Assembly (NCBI GenBank): GCA_001643675.2
Contig: LSRY02000060.1
Location: 124,001 to 188,000 of the forward strand
Length of the DNA stretch: 64,000 nucleotides
Direction: 5' to 3'
From: Monocercomonoides exilis PA203
Taxonomy: Eukaryota > Protista > Preaxostyla
Below, in pieces: positions 52,201 through 64,000 of the stretch. Each line of letters opens with the position of its first letter. The first letter of the stretch is position 1. Below the pieces are notes generated by a model. That model was not told the origin of the DNA, did no database searches, and saw nothing but the letters and a program-made list of their open reading frames with translations. The position numbers and the translations under genes were made by a program.

Positions 52201-55200
52201 TATAACTTTTGTTCTTGGAGAGATAAATGGGAGATGTAGTTTTATTGAAACGACGATGAATGAATTTTCTCTTGGGAACTGTTCATTAACGCAACATTCA
52301 AATGCTTCTCACATAACTTACTCATTCATCACTGCAAGTGGAGGAAGAATATGCGTTCAACATTTTTCTTCAGACTTATCCCAAAACATGTTGTTTGACT
52401 CAAAGGGCATGATTAACGTATGCGAAAAAAGTGGATGCACGCTAATTGATGTCAAATTGAGCGGTGTTTTGCTGCAGAATTTTGATGATGGGGTGATTGC
52501 CGCATCATCCAGCGGATCAGTTGTAATTCAAAATTGCTCATTCAACAACTCTTCCTTAGCAACTGGCGGATATATAGTTTCAAAAAGTGGATCTGCACTA
52601 ACAATTGAGAATACAACATTTGGCAATGTGACTCGAACAACAGGAAATGGATCATGTGTTGAGTTTTCTTCGACAAAGGATTCGTATCAAGTGTTATCAA
52701 TATCGAATTCCACATTCGCAAATTGCAAGATACGAGAAAATAAAAAAGGAGGTGGCGGATTATATGTAATGCTGAAAAAGCCAACTCAATTCTGTCTGGT
52801 GGCATCAACTATTGAATCTTGTTCTGCACCAATATTAACAGGAACAGAAGGAAAAGGTGGAGGAATGATGATCGATATCCTTGACGAAACATTTTTTTCT
52901 CTGTCGACATTATTCATGGACCTGAATCAAGCGGAATACGGAAACGATCTATTTATTTATTCATTTGATCTATCATCAAGTGCAAATGGTGATTCTTTTC
53001 CACTTTTTCCCCATCACTTCCATATTCCGAAACTTCATGCGTTGGGATTGATTCAAAATGGCCAAGCACAAGAATTCCATTGGTTTATTATTTTCTCGAA
53101 AAAGAACTTGTTGTGAGCACGTCGATGGATGGCAGTGATGTTGAAGTGTGCGGGTTTATAAAATTTCCGTGCCAGAGCTTCGATTTTTCATTTAGCAGAA
53201 AAAGCAATGAAAGAAAATCAATTGAAGTGAGCAGAAATTACATTCTTAACGAAAGTCTTATTCTTGATGATGTCAGTGGATATTCCATATGTGGAGTGAA
53301 TAAAACAGAGCTTGTTTTAAACGGAAAAGAAGGCAGCGCATTGGGAATTTTTGAAATAAGGCAAATAGTGCACATTGGAAAGTTTGCCATTCTTCTTAAA
53401 AAGCACATTCCGTCTCCACAAAAATCAGCTATTTTCATTTCAAAGTCTTCTGGAATTGCAACAATTGAAGATTGTGCAGTTTTGTGCGATGCTGGCGCAG
53501 ATGCAATTTTCTTTCCGTTTTTGTTCATCAACGCTGGATCATTGTATTTAAACAGATTTTCTACCTCATCAATTAGATCTGAAAGTTTTTCTTTCATTTC
53601 TGCAGCAACTGATGCATCGATGAGTATCTGTGACGCAACATTTGTAAATGTATCATCCACAAATACAAAGGGGCTGTTGTCTTTCTCATCTTGCTTTCAC
53701 ATATCGCTGAATAGTTCAGTTGCAAATGCTTCATCATCTCCAAACTGTGGGATGATTTGGATTGATAATGTTGTTCAATCAAAGCTGCAAAATTGTTCAT
53801 TTAATGAAGTGAGAAAAATTTCGGGAAACGGTTCTGCCTTGTCGGGGAATGTGTGCAACGGATGCTGTCTGTCACTTGATTCAAACACTATTTCTGCTTG
53901 CGAAACGAAACAAGGATTCGGAGGCGGAATATCTGTTAAATTGCTTGGAGGAGGGGAGTTTAATGTTGGAAAAGAATCAGTATGCTACATTGAGCGATCT
54001 GTGGCCGAGGCAAATGAGCAATATGGAGGTTATGGCGGAGGCTTACACATATGTTGTGACGAAAGTGGGCATGATTTTTTCTTGTCGCAATTAACATTTG
54101 GATCACGAGAGAACACATTAAATAAGGCAAGCTATGGAGGAAAGAATGTGTTTCTCGAAGGATATTCGTTGCAAGCACTTTTAGATCGGACTTCTTTTGG
54201 TTTTAATTTTGCAATAGAAATAAACAAAACAGACATCACAGAGCTAGTGGGGTTCGAAAGTGTTAGTCACATAAAACCAATTCCGTTGGTGTTGTTTTTC
54301 AGAACATTTTCTCCACCAGCAATGCTAGGAAATCCAGGATATGATTACATGCAATGTGGATATTATGACTATCCTTGTTCGACAATACAGTTTGCGGAAA
54401 ACGCGCGCTTTAAGGATGGCACGACATCTATAAAACTATTGCCATCTTTTCATTTCGACAATAAACTTGTTTTAAATAAGCAAGAGACTGTGATCGACTC
54501 TTTGTCAACAGGATCAAAAATTTCAGTGAACGAGGAGGGAGCTGGCTTAGGAGAAGGATTAATAGAATCTGAGGTTTCATTTCTGTTGAAGAACATAAGT
54601 TTTGAGATTCCATCTTCATTGAAAATAGTGAATGAAAGTCAAGCTCGGGAATGCTTCCTATTGTGCAAATGCAACACATTACAACTTGTTGAGTGTTCCA
54701 TAAGCAAGGCTGTGAATATGCTGAATGAACAGCCTGAATTTTTCTTTGCAATGGTGAAAGGTGGTTGCCTAATTGTTAACAAGCTGATAGTCGCAGATAT
54801 TGTATTCAGAGGAGGAGGAGTATTCGCCATTGATGAAACAAATAATGAAGACTCAATTATTTCTGAATGGAGTTGCTCAAAAGTCCAAACAGATTTTGCT
54901 GATGGAAGCCTTATGAAGCTCAAGAAAGGAAAATCAATGCGAATGCAAAACTGCGAATTCTCAGATTCTCATTCTGAAGATGGATGCATCATTGATCAGT
55001 TGAATGAATGCTCACTCGAACTGAAAAATGTATCTTTCAGGGATATAAAGCGAAGAAATGGAAATGGAGGCATTCTAATTGGAGAGATTGGTTTTGAGTG
55101 CATGCAAAAAGCGGAAAACTGCACTTTTGGGACGCAGCTTGTGAGGAACAAAAAGGCAAAGGAGGCGGAGTTAAAGTTAGAATTTCTGAAGGAGCCACCT

Positions 55201-58200
55201 TCAATTTTAATGCAAACAAAATCAGTTCATGTAATGTATCTAATATCGATGGTTGTGGAGGAGGAATGCATGTTGAATTTTTGTCGAGCGATATGAAATA
55301 TTCATTAAAATCTATTGTTTGGAGTTGGAATAGCGGTGCTCATGGAAGAGATCTGTTTGCTGTGTGCAAGCATCCCCGAGTTGTGATTATTGCTTCTCTT
55401 TGGAGTGATACAGCTTTTGAAGATGAGGCCGAGAGTCAAAGGGACAGATTATGGGTTGTTGATGAAGACCCTGCGCTGAATGTTGATACATCGTTATTCG
55501 ATTATTTATTCCCAACTGCCGATGAGATTGTATTTGTAAACAGTGGAGGCCTTGATGCCAATGTTTGCGGATATCTTGAAGATCCATGCGATACAGTTGA
55601 AGGAGGCTTTAATGTACTTGGAGATGAGCAATCAATAATACAAATAAAGTCAAGTGCAGTTTTAAACAGAGATTTAAACAGAGGTCAGAGGAAATTGACT
55701 ATTCGAGGTAACAAGACAAACATAATTATGAATATTGGGGATCAAGGTCATCTGTCGTTGACATCAGGAAACTCTCAAGCTTCTTTGACTCTTTGGAAAT
55801 TGAACTTAGTTCTTCCAGTTCATTCTGTGCGAACAGAGTTTATTGATATTTTTGTTGGCACTGCGTACATTTCAGAATGCTCATTTGGAAACAAAGAAAG
55901 CTCAGCGAAGGAAACAAACATGAAGCTTTTCCTTGTTAGAGGTGGAATACTTCAAATAAGTTCTGTTAACATTTTTAATATTCATTTTTTGGACAACAAC
56001 ACAGTGATCACTGCCTTCGATGGAAATGTTTCTCTTGAAAATTGTCACATTTTAAAAACAACATCTGGTGGAGGCTCGCTGATAAAGGGGGTAGAAAATT
56101 CGATATTTTTTGTAAAAGGAACATTAGCAGAACAATGTGAAATGCCAGAAGGTCGGGCATTTGTTTTTGAAGAGAATTCGAAAATAGAAATTGGAGGTAA
56201 TTGCACATTCTTAAAATGCAAATCGGCAAATGGCCATGGAGGTGCAATTAAATGCTCATTGAGTTCATCGTGCATTTTCAACATTTGGAATTCGACAATT
56301 ACAGGCTGTGAGGTTTCGATAAACAAGCGTTTGTATGGAGGAGGTCTTTCATTTGATTTATTGTTAGGCTATGAGAATTCTTTTTCTTTGAGTTCTTTGA
56401 TGTTTTCATTGAACAACGCATATATTGGAAAAGATCTTTTCGTTTGTTGCGGTGATTTGAACGAATCAATAACACCTGAAAGATTTGATATAATCCTAAT
56501 GGAAAATGGTATTGAAAAAGTGGATTTTGCAGGAACAGATAAGAAATTATTTATCTCTGAGCCAATTGACTTGCTGCATTTGCTTGTGAAATACGTTGGT
56601 GATTTTGTGTTTATTGATGAAGATGGAATTGACATCCTTGGATGTGGAAAAGAGAAGCTGCCATGCAGGTCAATGAACAATGGATTTAAGCATCTCGACA
56701 ACAATGGCATATCGTCTCTGCATACGATATACATAACAAACTATGGTCTTTTCGAAGAATCGTCACTAACAGTAACCACACCTCAAATGATTCAGTCATA
56801 TGCTCCATCAGATGTGTCTATTTCCGATCTTGAATTTTCAAGTGAAATAGAAAATAGTAATAATCAATCGGTGATTGTTGCACTTCGTTCTTTATCGTTT
56901 ATTCGACTGAACATGATTCTTCCACAATCATTTGCTGGTAATCAAAAAGAGGTGATAAGGTCAGATGGAGGTTCTATTGATTTATTGACCTGCAAGTTCG
57001 ATTTTCAATTAAGCACTGCTAAATACACGCTGCTAAAAATAAATCAAGGAACTCTGACAATGAAAAACTGTTCAATGAGAACCTCTCAATTTGAATTTGT
57101 ACCAATTATATCTTTAAAGAAAGTCAGTGTCGACAATTGCACGTTTGATGGATTGTACACGCCCAACAGTGAGAAAGGAGGAGTTTTCAGAAATTCTGTA
57201 CTCGGAAACGACGATGTGTGTTTGAATAGTTGCATCATGCATAACTGTAGTTGCTCTGATAGCAATGGAAAGGGTGGAGCATTGTTTTTTGATTGCTCGA
57301 AATGCCAAAACCCAATCTGCTTAATGCTTGTAAATGTCAGTTTTTCATTAAATGAAGCTTATGTCGGAAAAAATATGTTTATTCTATCCACAGACCTTAA
57401 CACAACAGTTACAACAACTTCATTTTTGTTTGACTATAATAGCTCGATTAATGATGAAAAATCTTTTCAGGGAAGCGACAGCCTTCAAAACGATACAGAT
57501 TTGCTTCGCTTTCTTGTTCCACGCTTGTCGCCGCATATTTATGTTTCATCCAATGGATTCGACGTTATGAGATGTGGAAGCAAATCAGATCCTTGCAAAT
57601 CTTTTTGGAAAGGATATAACCAATTGGACAAAATAGATCAAAACAAAAAAATATGCATTTGCGGATCGACAATAATTCAAGACGAATTTGTTTTCCTTGA
57701 TAGCTTTATAATATATTCATCTGATAGAGATGATGAAGATTCAATGTCGACCATTACAATAAGTGGTAAGGAGACTAAAAACGATGTTGAGATAGTGAAC
57801 AAGGGATCATTATCAATTCTTAAAATCAATGTCTTCGCATCAACAAACGCTTCAAATTCTGATGAGTCTGTATTTTGCAGCATATCTGGCATTCTTGAAT
57901 TCAATAAATGTTTATTTTCATCTGATGGAAGGAATGATGAACCTTTGAGATTGTCTTTTATTTTGGCCACAAATGGCGTTATAAACGTACTAAATGTGTG
58001 TTTAAAGTCTTTTGTGTGCTCAAAGGACATTGTAAATATTCGTGGATTTTCGTCACTAAAATGTAATAATATATCTGTATTTTCAGTAATTATCACTGAA
58101 GGCACTTTTTTGAATGTCCATGAACAACGTGTTTCAAACAACAATGAAAGGAATGTTGCAAGTGTTAATGGTTCCACATTTGAATCAGTAAATAGTGATA

Positions 58201-61200
58201 GCAATTATCCATGTGTTTTATCGTGCGAAAATTCAAAGAATATTCTGTTTGAACTGCATGATAATGTATTCCAGTTATCAAAAGCTGCAACTTGTTTGAA
58301 TGGTGGGATTATAATGTTTGCAATGAACGAGGAAAGCTGCCTGAGAATCCGCTCTTCCTCATTGACGCAATGCAGCTGCTCCAGCACGAAGGGACGAGGA
58401 GGCGGAATTTATTTGAGAACAAATTTAAGCGGAGCATTGAATTTTCAATTGAAGAATATTAGTTTCACAGGAAATAATGCATTTCTTGGAAGGGATATGT
58501 TTATTGAATGCGTAAATATTGATGAACAGATCAATGAAACACAATTCAATATTGATTTCAGCGAAAATGTTTTTGTTCGGCAAAATGCTATTTATGGAAT
58601 AGATAGGGAACAGCATTCATCCGAACCTGTAAATCTGATGGACTATATTTTAATAAATAAGGCAGATACAATATTTGTTTCTGATTCAGACGTACTTGAA
58701 GGCGAAGATACGAAAAAATGTGGCTCCATAGCCCTTCCATGTTTTTCGATAAGTTACTCTTTGCTTCATCTATCTCATTTTTTGAAAGCAGACTTCTTAT
58801 AAAAATTTCTAGCTATTTAAATGCAGAGATCGATTTGGAAGATATTTTGATTGAATCTTCATCAAAAACTTCGTCTGCAATTAGAGTTGCGCCAAATATT
58901 TCGGAGAGTCGAAATTCCCTTATTGATTGCACAAATTCCGTTGAACTATCTCTTTTGTCGTTTGTTTATGAGACAAACTTCAATTCAAAGCATAAGATAT
59001 TTGCACTTGCTTCAGCTGGAACTTTGTCTTTGTCACACATTTCATTTTTCTCAAACGTGCCTTCAAGCTTTGCTTGCGTTCCGTTTACATTGATATTTGC
59101 ACTGAATTCAGAAGTCATAATTGAGCATTCAGTGATTAAGGATATATCATTTTTATCTCCTTCAATTTTTTCTTTTCAATGCCAAAGTTTCACAAGAATT
59201 TCCGATGCTGAGTTTTCCCAGATAGAGATATCAGAATCATGCATAAACAATATTTACAGAACAATCAACAGTGATGTTGCTAATGATATTCCAACAGATG
59301 GAGTCGCAATTTCATCTTGCTTTTTCTCTAATATTACGTGCCTTTTATCGAGCAATTGTATATTTGCTTTACGCAATATTGCATCAGTTGGTGTGCAAAA
59401 TTGCTCTTTCAATTGTCATACCCCTTTGCATCAGCAAGACTTATTTGTTTCACTGGTAAACTGCTCGGAAGTGATTCTTGATTCATGTGTTTTTGATGGG
59501 GGAATATGTTGTAGTGATGAAAGAAAAAAAAGACTTGAAGGAGAAGCCGATGTGACAAATAATATTTGCTATTGGAACGGGTCTATTGTTCAACTAATTG
59601 GAAGCACTTCGTCAATAAGAGAAACTGAATTCGCAAATTCGACAAAGGGGGCACTGCTTATTTTAGACGGAAATGCAAGAATCGGAATGGGAATGTTTGC
59701 TAATAATTCACCATCAATAGAAAAATTCCCGTCTATCCGACGAAATGTTTTGTGCAATGGAAATAGCACACTTGATGTACAGAGTTTGAAAGGCGGAGAT
59801 GGAGCAATGCCAAACACGTCATTATGGATTTTGAGCGAAGGATGCAAATTGGAGGGTATTGCTGGAGAAAGAGCATCTTCGTTATTTATTCCCACATTAG
59901 ATTTTATAAGAAAAGAAATGAATGGGAATATGATTGAATTAATATTACTTGGAACAATTCTTCTTCCATGCGATTTGAAATTATGCATTATTTCTTCAAT
60001 TGAAAGTACAGAAGCTATAGAAACATATGAATTAGAGAAAAATGCATTTATATCAGAAAGAGAGGTTCATTGCTTTATTGAAGGAGCAAAAATTGATTCT
60101 GTGCTCGCAGAAGTTGAAGTGACTGCTCAGATTTTGTTTGGAAGAAAAAGTATTCAAAAAACAAATGCAATAATCTTGAAGAACAGGAGCGAGCTTCAGG
60201 AGAAGAGGGATGGAGTTGCTGTTAAAGGAGAAAACAAAGCAGGAACATCATGGGTGATTATTGTGATTGCAATGGGCTTTATTCTTCTTATTGTACTTAT
60301 TGGTTTAATAGTGTTTGTGGTTCGGTGGAGGAGGGCAAAGGAACGAACAAAAGAGCTTGAAGAAATTGTGAATGACACAGTGAAGAAGGATCCGAAGGCA
60401 TTTGAGATGGTGACGATGGAGATGTCGCCAGAAGAGCAGTGGCGACGAGCAGAAAGGGAGGCGGAGAAGAAGAATGAAGAGAGGATAAAGAAAAGGGTAT
60501 ATGAGAAAAGCTTAGGACATTCAGAATCTTCGGAGCATCTTCTGTCTGAGAGTGGCTCCACTGAATATATATTGGGAAGGGATTCAGACAAGATTCCAGA
60601 ATGGATGCTGGAGAAGGTCGATGAGAAGGAAGAAGAAGAGATTAGAAAGAGAACACCATCTCCATCCATTTCATCCACTTCAACGACTGATTCAGATTCG
60701 ACATTTGTTCGAGGGGAAGATCTGTGCCCGACCACCTCATCCATGTCGAATCTGGTGGATGCAATGGCATGCTCTTCTCCTCATGAGAAGCTGATTGTGG
60801 ATTTGAGGGATTCACTGTTCATGCTACTTCATGGAAGAAATGAGAAGAAGGAGATGGCGATTGGGAGTTTACAGGAGAGAGTGTTCACAGCAGCACAGGT
60901 CCTGTTCTGGGTGGCAAATGGGGCACTTTATTCATTTGATGAAGACAAGGAATTGCCTTCGCTGGCCGGTCTGAGTTCTCTCATTGTGCTGTTTTCTGAG
61001 CACATGGTCATCTGTATCGCGATGCACTCCGATTGTTCTGACGATAGCTCTGATTCATCATCTGTTTCATCATCCTCCACAATTATCTCCTCTTCCTCTG
61101 ATTGCTCATCTGTTAATAAGAAAGGCAGAGACTCACCTCCCTCATCAGCATTTGAAGATGACGAAGACAACCGGAAAGAATGCATGCGATGGAAGGCACC

Positions 61201-61579
61201 AGAGCTGCTTATCAACAAGAAGATGAGAGCTACGAAGGAGTCTGTAGCGTTCTCAATTGGGATGATGCTGTGGGAGTGCTTGACGCTGGAAATCCCATTT
61301 GGAGAATATGAGGCTGTGACAGCAGGGCAGAAGATTGTGAATGGAGAAAGGCCAGACATTGATCTGACTGAGGAGCGTGGAATGTGGAATGTTGTGCGTA
61401 AGTGTTGTTCTCCAGATCCATTGCAACGGCCAACGCTGAGCAATTTGAAAAGAGAATTTATCCAGCACTTTCCTGCTGGAACAGTCATGTTGGCTGTGTC
61501 TGATGCAATTGACTTGGAGCAATCATCAAAAGAGGAAGGAGAAAGCACAGGAAAAGATACAGAAGCATTATTGTCTTGA
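49207..61579 (+). CDS. Giant (~4100 aa) type-I membrane protein: beta-helix-like repeat ectodomain, TM, partial kinase C-lobe; three frameshifts
   Basis: Signal-like N-terminus; intron 49347-49395; GGAI/GGG repeats; eight CG-x5/6-C modules; TM WVIIVIAMGF..VFVV; RWKAPE..FSIGMMLWE..IPF..RP. Confidence 0.85.
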
Positions 61580-62462
61580 AAAAGCTTGGAATGCAGCAAT
61601 TGATAAGTGCTAGAAACAAAAAATATGCAAGAGAATGCATTCTGCTAATATATAGAAACCCAGAAAAAAAATATCTAAGAAGAATCATGAACAATGCAGA
61701 AATCTTTTTATTGTGAATCCATATCTTTCAAGAAAGCACGATAAGAAATTTCTTGTTGACAATTTTGTGGCACAGATATTTGCAGACACATTGGTTCCCT
61801 TTTGCAAATGCATGCTTCAGGTTTTGGGTTCTTGTGGTTCTGAAAGATAGAGACAGAATCCTCAACCGATTTTTCTCACTTTTTTTCTCATATTTTATAT
61901 TTATATTTGTATATTTATGTATTTTTTTTCTCTCTCTCTCTCTTCAATTGCTGACCTTCTGTTGTCGCAAAGGAATCATTTAAAATTATAAATTACAACA
62001 ATTTCACTGATAATCAATAAATTTGAATATGGCTTTTTTTGGTGCCTTTTTTGTCAAAACTCATGGAGGAGTAATTTAGAAAGCGCACCATAAATAATCC
62101 AGTTCCTTCAAGAATAATTCAATTCATAAAACTCGCTTTATTCAATCTTCTAGAGTGCATATTTCTTTCGCGTTTTTCATGTTTTTGTATATTTTTGAAA
62201 ATTATTTATGTTTTTCTATTAATCTTGAAGTTATTTTCATCTTCAAATTCAGAATTTTGAGAACAATAATTTCTGTATTGCATTAATTATAGCATTCAAA
62301 AAAGAAAAAATCTGCGCACACTCAAAATAAATAGCATATGGATACTATATTGGAGTTTTCAAAACACATTAAAACTTATTTTTTGATTTGAATATGCTTA
62401 TTCATCATCATTATTCATGTTTATAATCATCGGAAATTCATTGTTAAGATTTATTAATTTTT

Positions 62463-63190
62463 ATGGAAAAAGTCAATTTCAAATTGTTGTGTGATGTAAT
62501 CAGAATTGATATATTGAAATGGCAATGCAGGAACTTCAGATATCAAAGCCTCATCAGCATGATATTGTTTTTTCAAACGAAGATGGAACATGCAGGTTGT
62601 TATCAGAAAATATTTTGAAAAACAAGCTCTTAAATGAGAAAAGTTTGCAGGGATTGGTTCTGTGAAAAATGCAATAGAAAGATATCTGTTTATGATGAAA
62701 CAGTATTCCCTGGTAATAAATTTGGACAAGGGAAGGTTTTTTGAATCATTTTGTGGTTTTGTGAAGGTGCGAATATTGCATTCATTTAAAAAATAATGGG
62801 AGTGGACAGGAAAACAATCAAGTTTTAGTGAAGCATCGTCAGAGTTTCCTGCATGGAAATTTGGAATTTGCATCAAAACATAATAGGAAGAGAGTAGAAA
62901 GTGGTTGAAATTGATGATGCAGTTATACAAAGACGGAAATGTTTAAAAGTTATAAGAAAGGAACTAATTTGGATAATTGATGGGGTTGAGAGATTGGAAA
63001 GAGGGGGAGCTGCTCTTCGTTTTGAGAAAGTTGTGTCTAATAGAAAGAGTGAAACTTTTTTTCCCGTCACTCAAGAAACAAATCAGTTTCAAACAACAAT
63101 AATGTGTGATGAGTGGAAAGCATCCTCCGCGCTGGATTAATATGATTGCACTTATATATCTATTTGTCAAAAAAGGGATTTTGTTGATCT
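62463..63190 (+). pseudogene. Merlin/IS1595-like transposase relic, cut by MITE-B
   Basis: WFCEKCNRKISVYDETVF..VVEIDDA..WIIDGVER..NRKSET..CDEWKA..CQKRDFVD; stops and frameshifts. Confidence 0.82.
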
Positions 63191-63457
63191 GGGGGAAAAT
63201 ACGGACTTTCAAGCTTTTTATGCACAAAGCATGAAAAAATTGTTTCCCTTATAACATTATTAAACTTAACCAGATTTCATAATTATTTTGATTTTCATAT
63301 ATGAAAACAAACATTATTGATATAATAACAAAACGTTTTGTAAACTAACACGTAATTAAAAAGCTGTTCTCATTTTCAATAAATTTTTGTACACAAAAAG
63401 TTGATCAAAAGTGCATAATTTTTCAATGAAAAAGTTTGAAGTCTCATATTTTCCCCC
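63191..63457 (+). mobile_element. MITE family B copy (267 bp)
   Basis: TIRs gggggaaaatacggactttcaagc / gtttgaagtctcatattttccccc; flanks atct/attt. Confidence 0.85.
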
Positions 63458-63873
63458 ATTTTTTCACATTTTTCGTTTTTAAGTCTTTAACATTTTCATC
63501 TAATTTTTAAAAAAAGAAAATAATGATGATGAATAGGGTCAGTTATTTATTGGGAACTTTTTTTAACGGTGCCGAAATATTTAAATAGAAAATTAAAATT
63601 CCCACTTTTTATATATTTATTAACATTATCAGCATATAAGCAAACTCTGAAAATTAGGATAATTACATTTGAATACGAAGCCTATTTCCAATGGGTGGGA
63701 GATGGGGGTTAATCCCTTCCATCGAAAAAAATAAATAAATAAGTGTGTAACAAGGGGTATAATACCATTTAAATTCGTATTGAATGAAAATAAAAATTAA
63801 ATTTCAAAGAAAATTGACAATAAAAATTAATAAATTAATAAATTGGACTTAAGATCATAATCATAATAAAAAA

Positions 63874-64000
63874 ATGAAAATTGCTGTGGAACAAAAGAGA
63901 ATTGCTGGACAAAGGAAATTACGTGCTGCAATGAAATCTTTCGATTACAGAAGGATTGACAATCGGCTGGAACGGATGGCGCGCATTGTTGTTGATGGAG
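63874..64000 (+). CDS. Possible gene start running off the window
   Basis: ATG at 63874, open to the window end (MKIAVEQKRIAG...), rise in GC. Confidence 0.3.
   Translation, partial: MKIAVEQKRIAGQRKLRAAMKSFDYRRIDNRLERMARIVVDG

Noticed and set aside
63697-63724. Hairpin gatgg-ggg-ttaat-ccc-tt-ccatc as a Helitron end
   Set aside because: No downstream CTRR terminus or Rep/helicase remnant

Overview
AT-rich eukaryotic protist DNA with GT-AG introns and the standard genetic code. The gene families and style suggest an oxymonad such as Monocercomonoides (inference). 1-21 kb and 62-64 kb are accessory regions. They hold two degraded tyrosine-recombinase genes (catalytic motifs largely outside the ORF track), three Merlin/IS1595-like transposase relics, several MITE copies, and three paralogues of an expanded helical-protein family. 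The MITEs fall into three families of ~250-270 bp with GGG ends and 4-bp target duplications; copies are nested or cut the transposon relics, and three more form a tandem train at ~40 kb. 21-48 kb holds housekeeping-type genes: a U-box protein, a WGR-HD-CAT PARP with an H-F-E triad, a P4-ATPase flippase, a PPP phosphatase, an LCAT-like lipase and an RRM-RRM-SURP protein. Several carry very large low-complexity inserts inside folded domains. The long flippase introns have complementary GA-rich 5' and TC-rich 3' arms. 49-61.6 kb is one ~4100-aa receptor-like gene (repeat ectodomain, TM, partial kinase) broken by three -1 frameshifts. All calls come from manual reading and motif recognition; no searches were run.
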